A DNA stretch of 64,000 nucleotides. Origin: a virus. Lineage: Duplodnaviria > Caudoviricetes. Within the stretch, counting starts at the first letter, position 1. Each line of letters opens with the position of its first letter. The position numbers and the translations under genes were made by a program. This document shows positions 25,933 to 34,491 of this stretch, one piece after another. The stretch lies in the IMG/VR virus record IMGVR_UViG_3300035497_000279, positions 32,001-96,000 of that record; one strand, given 5' to 3'. The notes below the pieces were generated by a model that did not search any database, was not told the origin of the DNA, and was given only the letters and a program-made list of their open reading frames with translations.

Positions 25933-27456
25933 ATGAATGATAATAAAATTCAAGCAATGATAGAATCGTTTAAATCATCCAATTTAACTGAATCACAGTC
26001 GGTATCAAAATATAAATTCCCAGGAATGTATTGTCCATACTTTACTCCTAATGAAGTTGCTTCTTATACAGGGTATTATTCAGATCATATAGATGAAGAA
26101 TGTGTTTCTTTATATGAGGAAGCTATCAATATAAATACACATCATACTCCAGATCATGCATTTCAAAAATCTTGGAATTCTAAGGTAGGGGAATTACATG
26201 ATAAACTTAAAAATACTGAAGATCAGGATGAAATAGATCAGATCAAACAAGACATGATTTCTTTAGGATGGAATCCAGAGATAGAATATAATACTGAGAA
26301 TCAGATTATGGCTAAAAAGAGATTTGAAAATATAATGAATGAGATGTATAATAGGGTATTTATTTCTAATATCACACCATTAGTTGAATCTTTTAATGAT
26401 GAATACATAGAGGAATCTACTTCATCTAAAAAGAAATTATTCCCTGTTCATATAGTTTTAGTTAGAGGTTGTTCACCATTATCTAAACTAATTACTAGTG
26501 TGACTCCTGGAGAGTTTTCTCATTCTGCTATATCTTTAGATAATAAACTTGAAAAGTTATATAGCTATAACTTTGATAATAAGTTTAATTTTGGTGGTGG
26601 ATTCTCATTAGAATCTATTAAAGAATATCCTAAAGAAAATAGATTAGCTGTATATACTGTATTTGTTACAGAGAATGCTTATAAGAAGATTTCAGATAAT
26701 ATTCAATATCTTCTTGGAGATATTAAAAATACAACGTATTCTATTGTAAATCTTATTACGTTTCCTATAAAGAATATTAATATAAATATGGGAGAAAATA
26801 TGATTTGCTCTCAATTTGTAGATTCTATTCTTAAGTTAGCAAATACAGATTTTACTAAAAAAGATTCATCTAAAGTTTCACCTAACGAATTGAATTTTGC
26901 TTTAAGTAATAATCCTAAAGCTTATAAGATATTTGATGGTGTTGTAAAAGACTTTGATGGGAATAAAACAAATAAGTTTATTAACAAGATTTCAAAAACA
27001 GCTACCTCAGCTAACGAATCATGTAAGTATGAGAATGCTATATTTGAAGCTCGCAAAATTCCTGTAGAAGTGAGTTCAGAGGGTGATGTACTACTTACAA
27101 ATCCATTTCCTGACTATAGTGAAGAATATTTTTCATCTCATAAGTTATTATTAAATTATGAGAAGACTGGTAATATTGATGGTATGAAATATGAATTGGC
27201 TAGACTTTATTATATGAATTATACATTAGAGAAGAAGCTATATCATAATAAACTTCTACCGAAGAAAAATGAGTATATAAAGACAAGAGCTAGAATACTT
27301 AATGATTTTAATAAATATCTTAAATATGTATTAGATAAAGATAAGAAGTTTAACTTTGGTGAATATTATGAGCAATCGCCTTTCTATGCTAATACAATCG
27401 AAGTTAAAGGATCCACTATAGGACAAGTAAAAGATATAATTAAGTATATATTATAA
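25933..27456 (+). CDS. multi-domain protein with permuted papain-like (YiiX/C92-type) amidase domain
   Basis: LSKLI..VT..EFSHSAISLD...YS...MICSQFVDSIL (His before Cys). Confidence 0.7.
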   Translation: MNDNKIQAMIESFKSSNLTESQSVSKYKFPGMYCPYFTPNEVASYTGYYSDHIDEECVSLYEEAININTHHTPDHAFQKSWNSKVGELHDKLKNTEDQDEIDQIKQDMISLGWNPEIEYNTENQIMAKKRFENIMNEMYNRVFISNITPLVESFNDEYIEESTSSKKKLFPVHIVLVRGCSPLSKLITSVTPGEFSHSAISLDNKLEKLYSYNFDNKFNFGGGFSLESIKEYPKENRLAVYTVFVTENAYKKISDNIQYLLGDIKNTTYSIVNLITFPIKNININMGENMICSQFVDSILKLANTDFTKKDSSKVSPNELNFALSNNPKAYKIFDGVVKDFDGNKTNKFINKISKTATSANESCKYENAIFEARKIPVEVSSEGDVLLTNPFPDYSEEYFSSHKLLLNYEKTGNIDGMKYELARLYYMNYTLEKKLYHNKLLPKKNEYIKTRARILNDFNKYLKYVLDKDKKFNFGEYYEQSPFYANTIEVKGSTIGQVKDIIKYIL

Positions 27457-27548
27457 AAACGAACAAGAATCCCATACTCTTTCGAGTATGGGACCATCTT
27501 GCGGAGGACTTTTACATGAAAAAAGTAACAATTTTAACCATAACTATT
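27455..27548 (-). ncRNA. putative antisense small RNA (~93 nt) with its own late promoter and terminator
   Basis: Minus-strand AACA-N6-TAA at 27547-27559; hairpin CCCATACTC-GAAA-GAGTATGGG then T-rich tail on minus; body is anti-AUG/anti-SD (UUUUCAUGUAAAAGUCCUCC). Confidence 0.55.
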
Positions 27549-27614
27549 ACTTAAATGTTATCAAATAAAAACAGCATTATCATTTAAGTAATACAAGTCT
27601 AAGGAGGGAAACAA

Positions 27615-28547
27615 ATGATATTAACAGGTACAAAGTATTATAAGTACGATGAAGATCAACTTCAGGTATACCGTGTAGTTAATAATAAAGACGACAAGTA
27701 TACTCTGAAAGAATTATTTGGTAAAGGTAAAAGAATTGTAGTAGAAGAAGAGAAACTCAAATCTGTATATATAAAGTTAAACAATGATGCATTCTTAAAT
27801 ATGATGATTACTGCAAGCAATGGAGTAGCTAACGAAGATATTAAAGATGTATTTGCTTGTGTTAATAAAGTCGTAGATATGCAGTTAGATAAATTAGTAC
27901 CGTGCTTGATAGTAAGGCAAAATTGTATGTCTCAATCTAAGAATGCATTTAATACTGGGATAGAAACATACGTTGGGGATTGTTTTACCAGTAAGAATAT
28001 TCAATTAGATATGAGTATGGAAGAGGTAATGGAGTATGATGAGATTAGTTATACTTATTCTGTAGCATTGTATATTGATGATACGATTAATGATATATTT
28101 GATTCTATACCACCACATATACTGGAAGAATTTAATAAAGCATTAAAAGAAATCAAATCATCAAATAAAAGTTCTTTAGTTAAAGGATATTCTCTTACAT
28201 TACAAGATTTATTTAATGACAATAACTTTATGTATAATTATAGAGATATCTTTGGCGTTGTTCAATTAGATTTCCCTATATATTTAGGCAAGAGTTCATA
28301 TAATGAAGATGGGGATATTGTATTAAATGAAAAGCAGCATAAGAAGTTAGAAGATCGTATGTATCAATATATCAATATTGTTGCAGTTCTTAAATATGAT
28401 AGAGATATAGATGTATCTAAAATTGTAAAATATGCACATATAGTTGTATCTGACAGTAATGGAGATATATATCTTATTGCTTATCAAAAGATAGGTGATT
28501 ATAAAATTGATGATGATGTATTAAATGCATTCAATTTAGTTAAATAA
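27615..28547 (+). CDS. hypothetical phage protein
   Basis: 310-aa ORF, AAGGAGG RBS. Confidence 0.8.
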   Translation: MILTGTKYYKYDEDQLQVYRVVNNKDDKYTLKELFGKGKRIVVEEEKLKSVYIKLNNDAFLNMMITASNGVANEDIKDVFACVNKVVDMQLDKLVPCLIVRQNCMSQSKNAFNTGIETYVGDCFTSKNIQLDMSMEEVMEYDEISYTYSVALYIDDTINDIFDSIPPHILEEFNKALKEIKSSNKSSLVKGYSLTLQDLFNDNNFMYNYRDIFGVVQLDFPIYLGKSSYNEDGDIVLNEKQHKKLEDRMYQYINIVAVLKYDRDIDVSKIVKYAHIVVSDSNGDIYLIAYQKIGDYKIDDDVLNAFNLVK

Positions 28548-28650
28548 GAAAATATAACAGAGTAAACAAAATTATAATCGCATAATATATTGGTGTATAA
28601 CGAGTATGACAGCTCGATATATAAAAAAATTTATTAAGGAGGAACTCGAT

Positions 28651-29490
28651 ATGGAGACCTTAGAAAAATTAAACAATGTCAAAACCGTAACTACAAAAGA
28701 TGGTGAGAAAGAGCCGAAGATGATCGGTAACTTACCGGAGAACTCAGTATTTGAGTTTGAGCCTACCCCATTTGATAAGGTAGGTGAGTTCACAAGAACA
28801 ACAAACAAAAAGCTCTGCATGTTAATCAAAGCAAAGTTCTCACAAACATTTCATGATCTTCGCGGTGTGATGATTCATTTTCGCGGTGGTCAGTTTATCA
28901 CTGAGTTTTACTTTGAGCAGAATGCAGATCCGTTAAAGCCGGGACAGATCCATAACCTTGAGAATCTTGTTACTCAGGTTAATAACAGCAAGTCATTCTT
29001 ACCTGGCCAGCAGGCTATCTCAAACAAACTTAATGGCAGAATGTTTACGCTCAATGACGAGACTAAGTTGCTGTTGTCTGATTTCATGATGGGTGGTAGA
29101 AGAGCAAACCATCCGAACGATAAAGGCAAGTGGGATAAGAATATCAAAATTGTTGACAGTCAGATTAGGGTTGGAGGAATGAATCCATTATATCCGACAA
29201 CTGCACATGAGGTATATGTGATGGTTACAGGACTTGATCTTCGCAGATTACTCAAAGGAGTTGTATACGGAGAGACAATGGTAACAGAAACCAAAACAAA
29301 TGCTGATGGCAAGACAGTCAACTTAACTGCAACAGCTTTTTATGAGCCTCGCTATATGAGACCGTTGCCTAGTGTTGATGAGTTATTTGCTATCAACGTT
29401 GATCGCTTTGATAAGGCGGCTGTAGAGAAGTCTATTATCGAGGAGAACCCAACGATTTACAATGCGCCAAATGGTGTTGCTTTCTATTAA
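28651..29490 (+). CDS. hypothetical early protein
   Basis: AAGGAGG RBS before ATG 28651; early motif 28579; terminator 29508-29537. Confidence 0.8.
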   Translation: METLEKLNNVKTVTTKDGEKEPKMIGNLPENSVFEFEPTPFDKVGEFTRTTNKKLCMLIKAKFSQTFHDLRGVMIHFRGGQFITEFYFEQNADPLKPGQIHNLENLVTQVNNSKSFLPGQQAISNKLNGRMFTLNDETKLLLSDFMMGGRRANHPNDKGKWDKNIKIVDSQIRVGGMNPLYPTTAHEVYVMVTGLDLRRLLKGVVYGETMVTETKTNADGKTVNLTATAFYEPRYMRPLPSVDELFAINVDRFDKAAVEKSIIEENPTIYNAPNGVAFY

Positions 29491-29570
29491 AGTATTGGCG
29501 CGAGATATGTCGGGATGGACTTATGTCCATCTCGGCATTATTTTTATTTTTTGGAAATTGAGGTTGTATA

Positions 29571-29750
29571 ATGATTAAAGTGATATGTACTATAATTTGG
29601 GTATTAGTAATAATAGTAAACATTGTTACAATTATTAATCTTAATAAGGCTAATAAAAATTTAAAAGAAATAGAAGATTTAATGTATACTAATAGTTATT
29701 TAAATGATCTTATTAATGATTTTCATGATGATGAAAATGATGAAGAGTAA
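29571..29750 (+). CDS. small membrane protein (59 aa)
   Basis: Not in track; GAGG RBS; N-terminal TM VICTIIWVLVIIVNIVTII, acidic tail. Confidence 0.6.
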   Translation: MIKVICTIIWVLVIIVNIVTIINLNKANKNLKEIEDLMYTNSYLNDLINDFHDDENDEE

Positions 29751-29810
29751 CATTTTATACTAAGCATTACTAATAAGTAATATAATAATATAAAATGGAG
29801 GAATAGAGAC

Positions 29811-30188
29811 ATGAGAGGAAATAATAATTCAGATTTTACCTATGAAATTAACAAGAAGTTTGATTTCGTATTAGAAGAAGGAGATAACACATCCATTAAT
29901 CTTCGTAAAATTTCATGGAATGGACGTCCAGAAAAACTGGATATTAGAAAGTATGTATACGAAGATGGTAAAGAGAAGATGATGAAAGGTATATCATTAT
30001 CGGATGAAGCTGCTAATGAATTAGCAAATAGATTGGTGGAGAATAATTATGGCGATACCAATAAACTTATTGATTCTATTAAAATGAGAAGTGATTTTAC
30101 CGAAGCATTAATCAGTATGCCGAATGATGAAATTTTTGATCCTGATGAGGATGAAGAATACTATGATCCTAAAGAACTTTTAGGGTAG
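29811..30188 (+). CDS. PC4/YdbC-like ssDNA-binding protein
   Basis: NLRKISWNGRPEKLDIRKY...KMMKGISLS..A..L; acidic C-terminus. Confidence 0.8.
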   Translation: MRGNNNSDFTYEINKKFDFVLEEGDNTSINLRKISWNGRPEKLDIRKYVYEDGKEKMMKGISLSDEAANELANRLVENNYGDTNKLIDSIKMRSDFTEALISMPNDEIFDPDEDEEYYDPKELLG

Positions 30189-30201
30189 AGAGGAGTATAT
30201 A

Positions 30202-30483
30202 ATGCTAAAGAGAGAAATTATTCCAAGAAGCAAACCTGCAAAAATAGAAAAAATATATGCTGATACTACACCATCTGCAAACAAAGATAAAATGGTTAAT
30301 ACTGTAACAACACAGTCTACATCTAAAGAGAGTAATAGTGTTAGTCTTAATGCTGTTGGTGTGGAGGTAGCAACAGATTGTATGATTTGCTCCAACCCAT
30401 TTATGCAAGATTGGCAGCACCCAGAATATAATATTTGTCCATCTTGTAGGGAGAAACTTAGAAATATTATAAACGGAGTGTGA
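30202..30483 (+). CDS. small zinc-finger protein
   Basis: CMIC...ICPSCRE. Confidence 0.7.
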   Translation: MLKREIIPRSKPAKIEKIYADTTPSANKDKMVNTVTTQSTSKESNSVSLNAVGVEVATDCMICSNPFMQDWQHPEYNICPSCREKLRNIINGV

Positions 30484-31544
30484 TATTCATGTCTTACGAT
30501 GCTAAAGTTAATTTAGAATCTCTATTATATAGTAATTATATAAAATATGATAGATTAAAACTTCTAATAGATTCTATACCATATGATATAGAATCAAATA
30601 AAGTGGATATTTATATAGACGTTTATGATATGCTAAAACCTATATATACAAGAGATGTGTATGCTGAAAAGAAATTTCTTATAGTATCTCAAGTAATAAA
30701 TTTAGCAGCACATATGAGAGGATTCTTCTGGACTAGATACGGTATTGCTACAAGAATATATCTAGTCTATGGAGAAGATATTACAACAAACCATCGTAAA
30801 TTCTATCAGTCATTTGGAAATGATAAATTCAAAGATACTGTAGATTTTGATAGGAATAATGCTGTTGTAAATTCTCAATTAGACATGGTTAGGTTATTGT
30901 GTGCTTATATACATGGAGTATATTTTATTAGAAGATCAACCAATTTTTCTATGTTTACTTACGATAATATAAGCAAGAATCAACCAATACCGTCTATCAT
31001 AATAACCAAAGATAAATATGCTTATCAGATACCAGCACTATTAGATAACGTATATTTATTAAGACCAAGAAAAACTGCTAGTGGCGATGAATCTTATATT
31101 ATATATAAGAGAGTAGCATTAATATCATTCTTTAATAAACTATCTGAAGCTTCAATAAAGAATTTGTCATTAATAAACCCAGAGTTATTGAGTTTATTAA
31201 TAGCTCTAACAGGATTTCCGTCTTATAATTTGAAGACAGTATGTAATATAACTACTGCATCAAAGATGGTTATTAATGGTATAAACACTAATAGGATTAT
31301 AAATGCTTATAATACTGATATTGATTATGTATATAATCAATTATCTATAGATAGGCGTATGGATAGTACAACTTTCAAATTCAGATTTAATGCTGTAGAT
31401 TTAGTGTATCAGCATAGGTTATATAATTCTAGTGCTGAAGCTAGAGATATATCATGGATTATAGATCTTGAAGACAAGTTTACTATACAAAGAATCAATA
31501 ATCAATATTTTATTGATAATTCATTGGACCTAAACAATTTATAG
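30480..31544 (+). CDS. putative degenerate PIN/flap-type 5' nuclease fold protein
   Basis: IYID, IYLVY, SIIITKD, LLIALTG pattern; acidic catalytic set incomplete. Confidence 0.35.
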   Translation: MIFMSYDAKVNLESLLYSNYIKYDRLKLLIDSIPYDIESNKVDIYIDVYDMLKPIYTRDVYAEKKFLIVSQVINLAAHMRGFFWTRYGIATRIYLVYGEDITTNHRKFYQSFGNDKFKDTVDFDRNNAVVNSQLDMVRLLCAYIHGVYFIRRSTNFSMFTYDNISKNQPIPSIIITKDKYAYQIPALLDNVYLLRPRKTASGDESYIIYKRVALISFFNKLSEASIKNLSLINPELLSLLIALTGFPSYNLKTVCNITTASKMVINGINTNRIINAYNTDIDYVYNQLSIDRRMDSTTFKFRFNAVDLVYQHRLYNSSAEARDISWIIDLEDKFTIQRINNQYFIDNSLDLNNL

Positions 31545-31560
31545 TGGAGGTAGTAGCGAT

Positions 31561-31878
31561 ATGATTAAATTTAAATATACATTGCCGAGAGAACTATTAC
31601 CATTGATCAGACAGGTTGTCGTCGATTATACAGACGATTTCATGTATGGCTGTATGAATGAGGGCTTGGTAGGGCAGTTAAAGCACTGTACATTATTCTT
31701 AGTATGTGAATACGAAGAAATAAACAGTCAGCAAGTATACAGAAACCCAGTGGTAGTAGTAGCTCGTAATGATAGTGCTGCGGTAGAAACTTATAATGAA
31801 ATGACCAATAAGATTGGATTCATTCTTCACCGTATCACAGAAGATTGTTCAACTCTTACTGTTGAACCAGTAGATTAA
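31561..31878 (+). CDS. hypothetical protein
   Basis: GGAGG RBS. Confidence 0.75.
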   Translation: MIKFKYTLPRELLPLIRQVVVDYTDDFMYGCMNEGLVGQLKHCTLFLVCEYEEINSQQVYRNPVVVVARNDSAAVETYNEMTNKIGFILHRITEDCSTLTVEPVD

Positions 31879-31893
31879 AATGGAGGATTATTA

Positions 31894-32508
31894 ATGATTC
31901 AATATTTAGTTTCTCAACAAACCAGCATATTAACAATTGATGATATCAATCTTGTTAATTTTATTAAAAGGACTGATGATAATAAGTCAAAAAATTATAC
32001 TGTCTTTAAGAAGATCAGTAAATTAAATGCTCTTACAAATGCTAATAATTTTTTTAATATTGCTTCTGTTATTTCTACAGTAGAAATAACAAGTATTTTA
32101 CCTACAGTATCAAGATGGAAAAACAATGATGCTCCATCAAATACTAGAGTATTTGGCTTAATGTATAAGAAGTCATCAGATGTCAATAATGTATATTACG
32201 TTGAGCCTGTAATATGTGATGATATTGTTACCGCTTCAAGTATATTAAATACTAGAATTGAGGGGTATGATAATGTCATTAAAGAAAGCATATCTGTATT
32301 CCAGATTGGAAGTATTATTGGTAGTGATGAGAATAAAGAATCCATAAAGGATAAGAGATTTTCCATTGCTATAAATGAACAGAAAGTACCTAGTATGCTT
32401 ATAAAGGAAGGGTTAGATTCATTTAAAGAATTTAATAGAAAAGTTTATGTTGCTGAGTTATCAATATCCTATGTATCATCTAATGATGAAGGGAATGATA
32501 ATGAATGA
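31894..32508 (+). CDS. hypothetical protein
   Basis: GGAGG RBS. Confidence 0.75.
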   Translation: MIQYLVSQQTSILTIDDINLVNFIKRTDDNKSKNYTVFKKISKLNALTNANNFFNIASVISTVEITSILPTVSRWKNNDAPSNTRVFGLMYKKSSDVNNVYYVEPVICDDIVTASSILNTRIEGYDNVIKESISVFQIGSIIGSDENKESIKDKRFSIAINEQKVPSMLIKEGLDSFKEFNRKVYVAELSISYVSSNDEGNDNE

Positions 32509-32915
32509 TTAGAAGGAAAAATAAAACGAGTTTAGAAAATGTTTTAATGAGTCTTACTCTTATAGGTATAGAAATAGTATCATTTAGGGAAGTAGGCACA
32601 CACCCAAATAAAAACCTTGTCATAAAGTTTACAATACCAGAAAAAGTTGTTGTTGATAAGAAGTACATAAAAAAGGTTGCAGGAATTGATATAGGCTTTA
32701 GTGAAATATCTCAGGAAGAGCTTATAAATTATGTAAAGAAATACATAGTTTCTATAGTAAATGCTGATAAGGGATCAAGCTTACCAGAAGAACAAATTCT
32801 TAAGCATTGTAAATTCTTATGTAAAGTAAGGAATGGAGATATCTGGGATGCAGAAAAAACTATGTCAAAGTATAAAGAAATTCAATCTAAAAATCCTAAT
32901 AATATGGAGGAATGA
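32505..32915 (+). CDS. hypothetical protein
   Basis: ATGA coupling. Confidence 0.7.
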   Translation: MIRRKNKTSLENVLMSLTLIGIEIVSFREVGTHPNKNLVIKFTIPEKVVVDKKYIKKVAGIDIGFSEISQEELINYVKKYIVSIVNADKGSSLPEEQILKHCKFLCKVRNGDIWDAEKTMSKYKEIQSKNPNNMEE

Positions 32916-33220
32916 TTATGTTGAATACAACTTCATATAAAGTAGATATGAGTAATGATTGCTTAAGAAATCTGGTTGAGCGTTTTAATTGGGATTATAA
33001 GAATGCTGATATGCGTATTATAGATTGTGCTATTTCAAAACTGGATAATAATAATGGGTCTGTATATAATGCTAATATAAAGGCTAATGCATACAAATCA
33101 TTCTATGCTAGTTATTATCCATTAGACTATTATGATACAGAGTCAGAAGCAATTAAAGAAGCATTTGAAAAACTTGTTGTAAGTATTAATACTGGATCAA
33201 GACATATAACGGCGTATTAA
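32912..33220 (+). CDS. hypothetical protein
   Basis: GGAGG RBS, coupled to upstream gene. Confidence 0.7.
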   Translation: MIMLNTTSYKVDMSNDCLRNLVERFNWDYKNADMRIIDCAISKLDNNNGSVYNANIKANAYKSFYASYYPLDYYDTESEAIKEAFEKLVVSINTGSRHITAY

Positions 33221-33248
33221 ATAAATAAAAATATTGGAGGGATATAAA

Positions 33249-33509
33249 ATGGATGAAATGATTGATAAGAAGTCTTGGGAAGAGTTTAGAGATTCAGGAT
33301 TATTATGGTTTGTTAATTCTATCCTACAGGTATTTGGGTGGAGTATCATTACAGAATATGATAAAGACACTAAGCATATAAGTTCAGTTTATCCTGCTAG
33401 AACAAAGTTTAGAGGATTTGATAATAAGACTAACGATATAGGCTATGTTAAGGTTAGTGAGTATATGAAAGAGAATGCTGACACTCTTTTACAGGAAGCA
33501 AAAGAGTAA
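33249..33509 (+). CDS. hypothetical phage protein
   Basis: GGAGG RBS before ATG 33249; WEEFR..GLLW..N..L..FGW..YPAR..FRGF. Confidence 0.75.
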   Translation: MDEMIDKKSWEEFRDSGLLWFVNSILQVFGWSIITEYDKDTKHISSVYPARTKFRGFDNKTNDIGYVKVSEYMKENADTLLQEAKE

Positions 33510-33567
33510 TCTATTATTATTTTTTATCAATACATTCACATTCTAGTATTGTTAGGGGGGTAATAAT

Positions 33568-33735
33568 ATGACTAAAACGCATGATAAGAAACAAGATTTT
33601 ATAGATAAACTTATGGTTATGACTGATACTGAACTTAATGATTATATTAAGCAGTATGGTAAGAAACCTAAACCATGTATTATGGTTAGAATAGTTGACA
33701 AAAGTAAGCATAAAATGGATGCTCAAGTTGTATAA
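33568..33735 (+). CDS. small hypothetical protein (55 aa)
   Basis: Not in track; AGGGGGG RBS; MTKTHDKK...LNDYIKQYGKKPKP; CACA-N6-TA motif at 33537. Confidence 0.65.
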   Translation: MTKTHDKKQDFIDKLMVMTDTELNDYIKQYGKKPKPCIMVRIVDKSKHKMDAQVV

Positions 33736-33816
33736 ATATACAACTATGATTACATATGAGTAATGTAGAATAGGTTTGGTAGCAAAAACTTAGATATGTT
33801 TAGGAGGTAAAATAAT

Positions 33817-34362
33817 ATGAGTGATGTAACTAGAGTAATGGATCTAGTAAAATCAATTGATCAGAATCGTACACAGGTTTCAGCATCCAATAAGGATGAA
33901 GTTGCTGTAATGAGAGCTATGCTTAACGATGATACTTATAAAGTAGACGTTTATGGAAAATCTGGAGTTGAAGGACAGTATTGCCCATATGAAGAGTCTA
34001 GAGCACTCGCTGCTAGTATTCTTAAGGGAGCAGCAAATATTACAAGTAATGAAGCAATTGAGCTTGCAAATAAGTATGAATTCGGTAAGCAGGATGCTAT
34101 TATTATGATTGGTATTTCTAAAGAATTTGTTAATACATATCTTGAGACTGGAAGAAAGTTACCGCTTGGAGGTAGAGCAACATCAGACATCTCAATTCAG
34201 AGAAAGATTAAAGAAGAGACTGTAAGTAGTTTCCCGGTTAAGACTGGAGTGAATGATGATGGATCTGATAAATATGAGCACACTCAGGGTAGAGTGATTC
34301 CGGCTCATGGAAGTCTCAAAGTAAGCTCACCATGTCCACCATGGGTTGGAGCTAATAAATAA
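33817..34362 (+). CDS. putative HU/IHF-like DNA-binding protein
   Basis: YLETGRKLPL...beta-arm...VIPAH..LKV resembles the HU C-terminal half; late motif TACA-N6-TAA at 33751. Confidence 0.45.
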   Translation: MSDVTRVMDLVKSIDQNRTQVSASNKDEVAVMRAMLNDDTYKVDVYGKSGVEGQYCPYEESRALAASILKGAANITSNEAIELANKYEFGKQDAIIMIGISKEFVNTYLETGRKLPLGGRATSDISIQRKIKEETVSSFPVKTGVNDDGSDKYEHTQGRVIPAHGSLKVSSPCPPWVGANK

Positions 34363-34402
34363 GCCCATCACGTTTAATACTATACATGCCTTTATTTCTC
34401 TT

Positions 34403-34430
34403 TACTCCCATGGTTAACGCCATGGGAGTA
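34403..34430 (+). terminator. intrinsic terminator
   Basis: TACTCCCATGG-N6-CCATGGGAGTA. Confidence 0.75.
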
Positions 34431-34447
34431 TACGTTCTCATTTTTAA

Positions 34448-34460
34448 GACATCTTAGTAA
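34448..34460 (+). promoter_or_regulatory. late-type promoter GACA-tcttag-TAA
   Basis: Upstream of the tape-measure RBS. Confidence 0.65.
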
Positions 34461-34491
34461 TCTATAATATTACGTTAGGAGGTGAAACTTA

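Noticed and set aside
33517-33726. Minus-strand 69-aa ORF in the track
   Set aside because: Plus-strand ORF 33568-33735 has an RBS, a promoter motif and fits the local gene orientation
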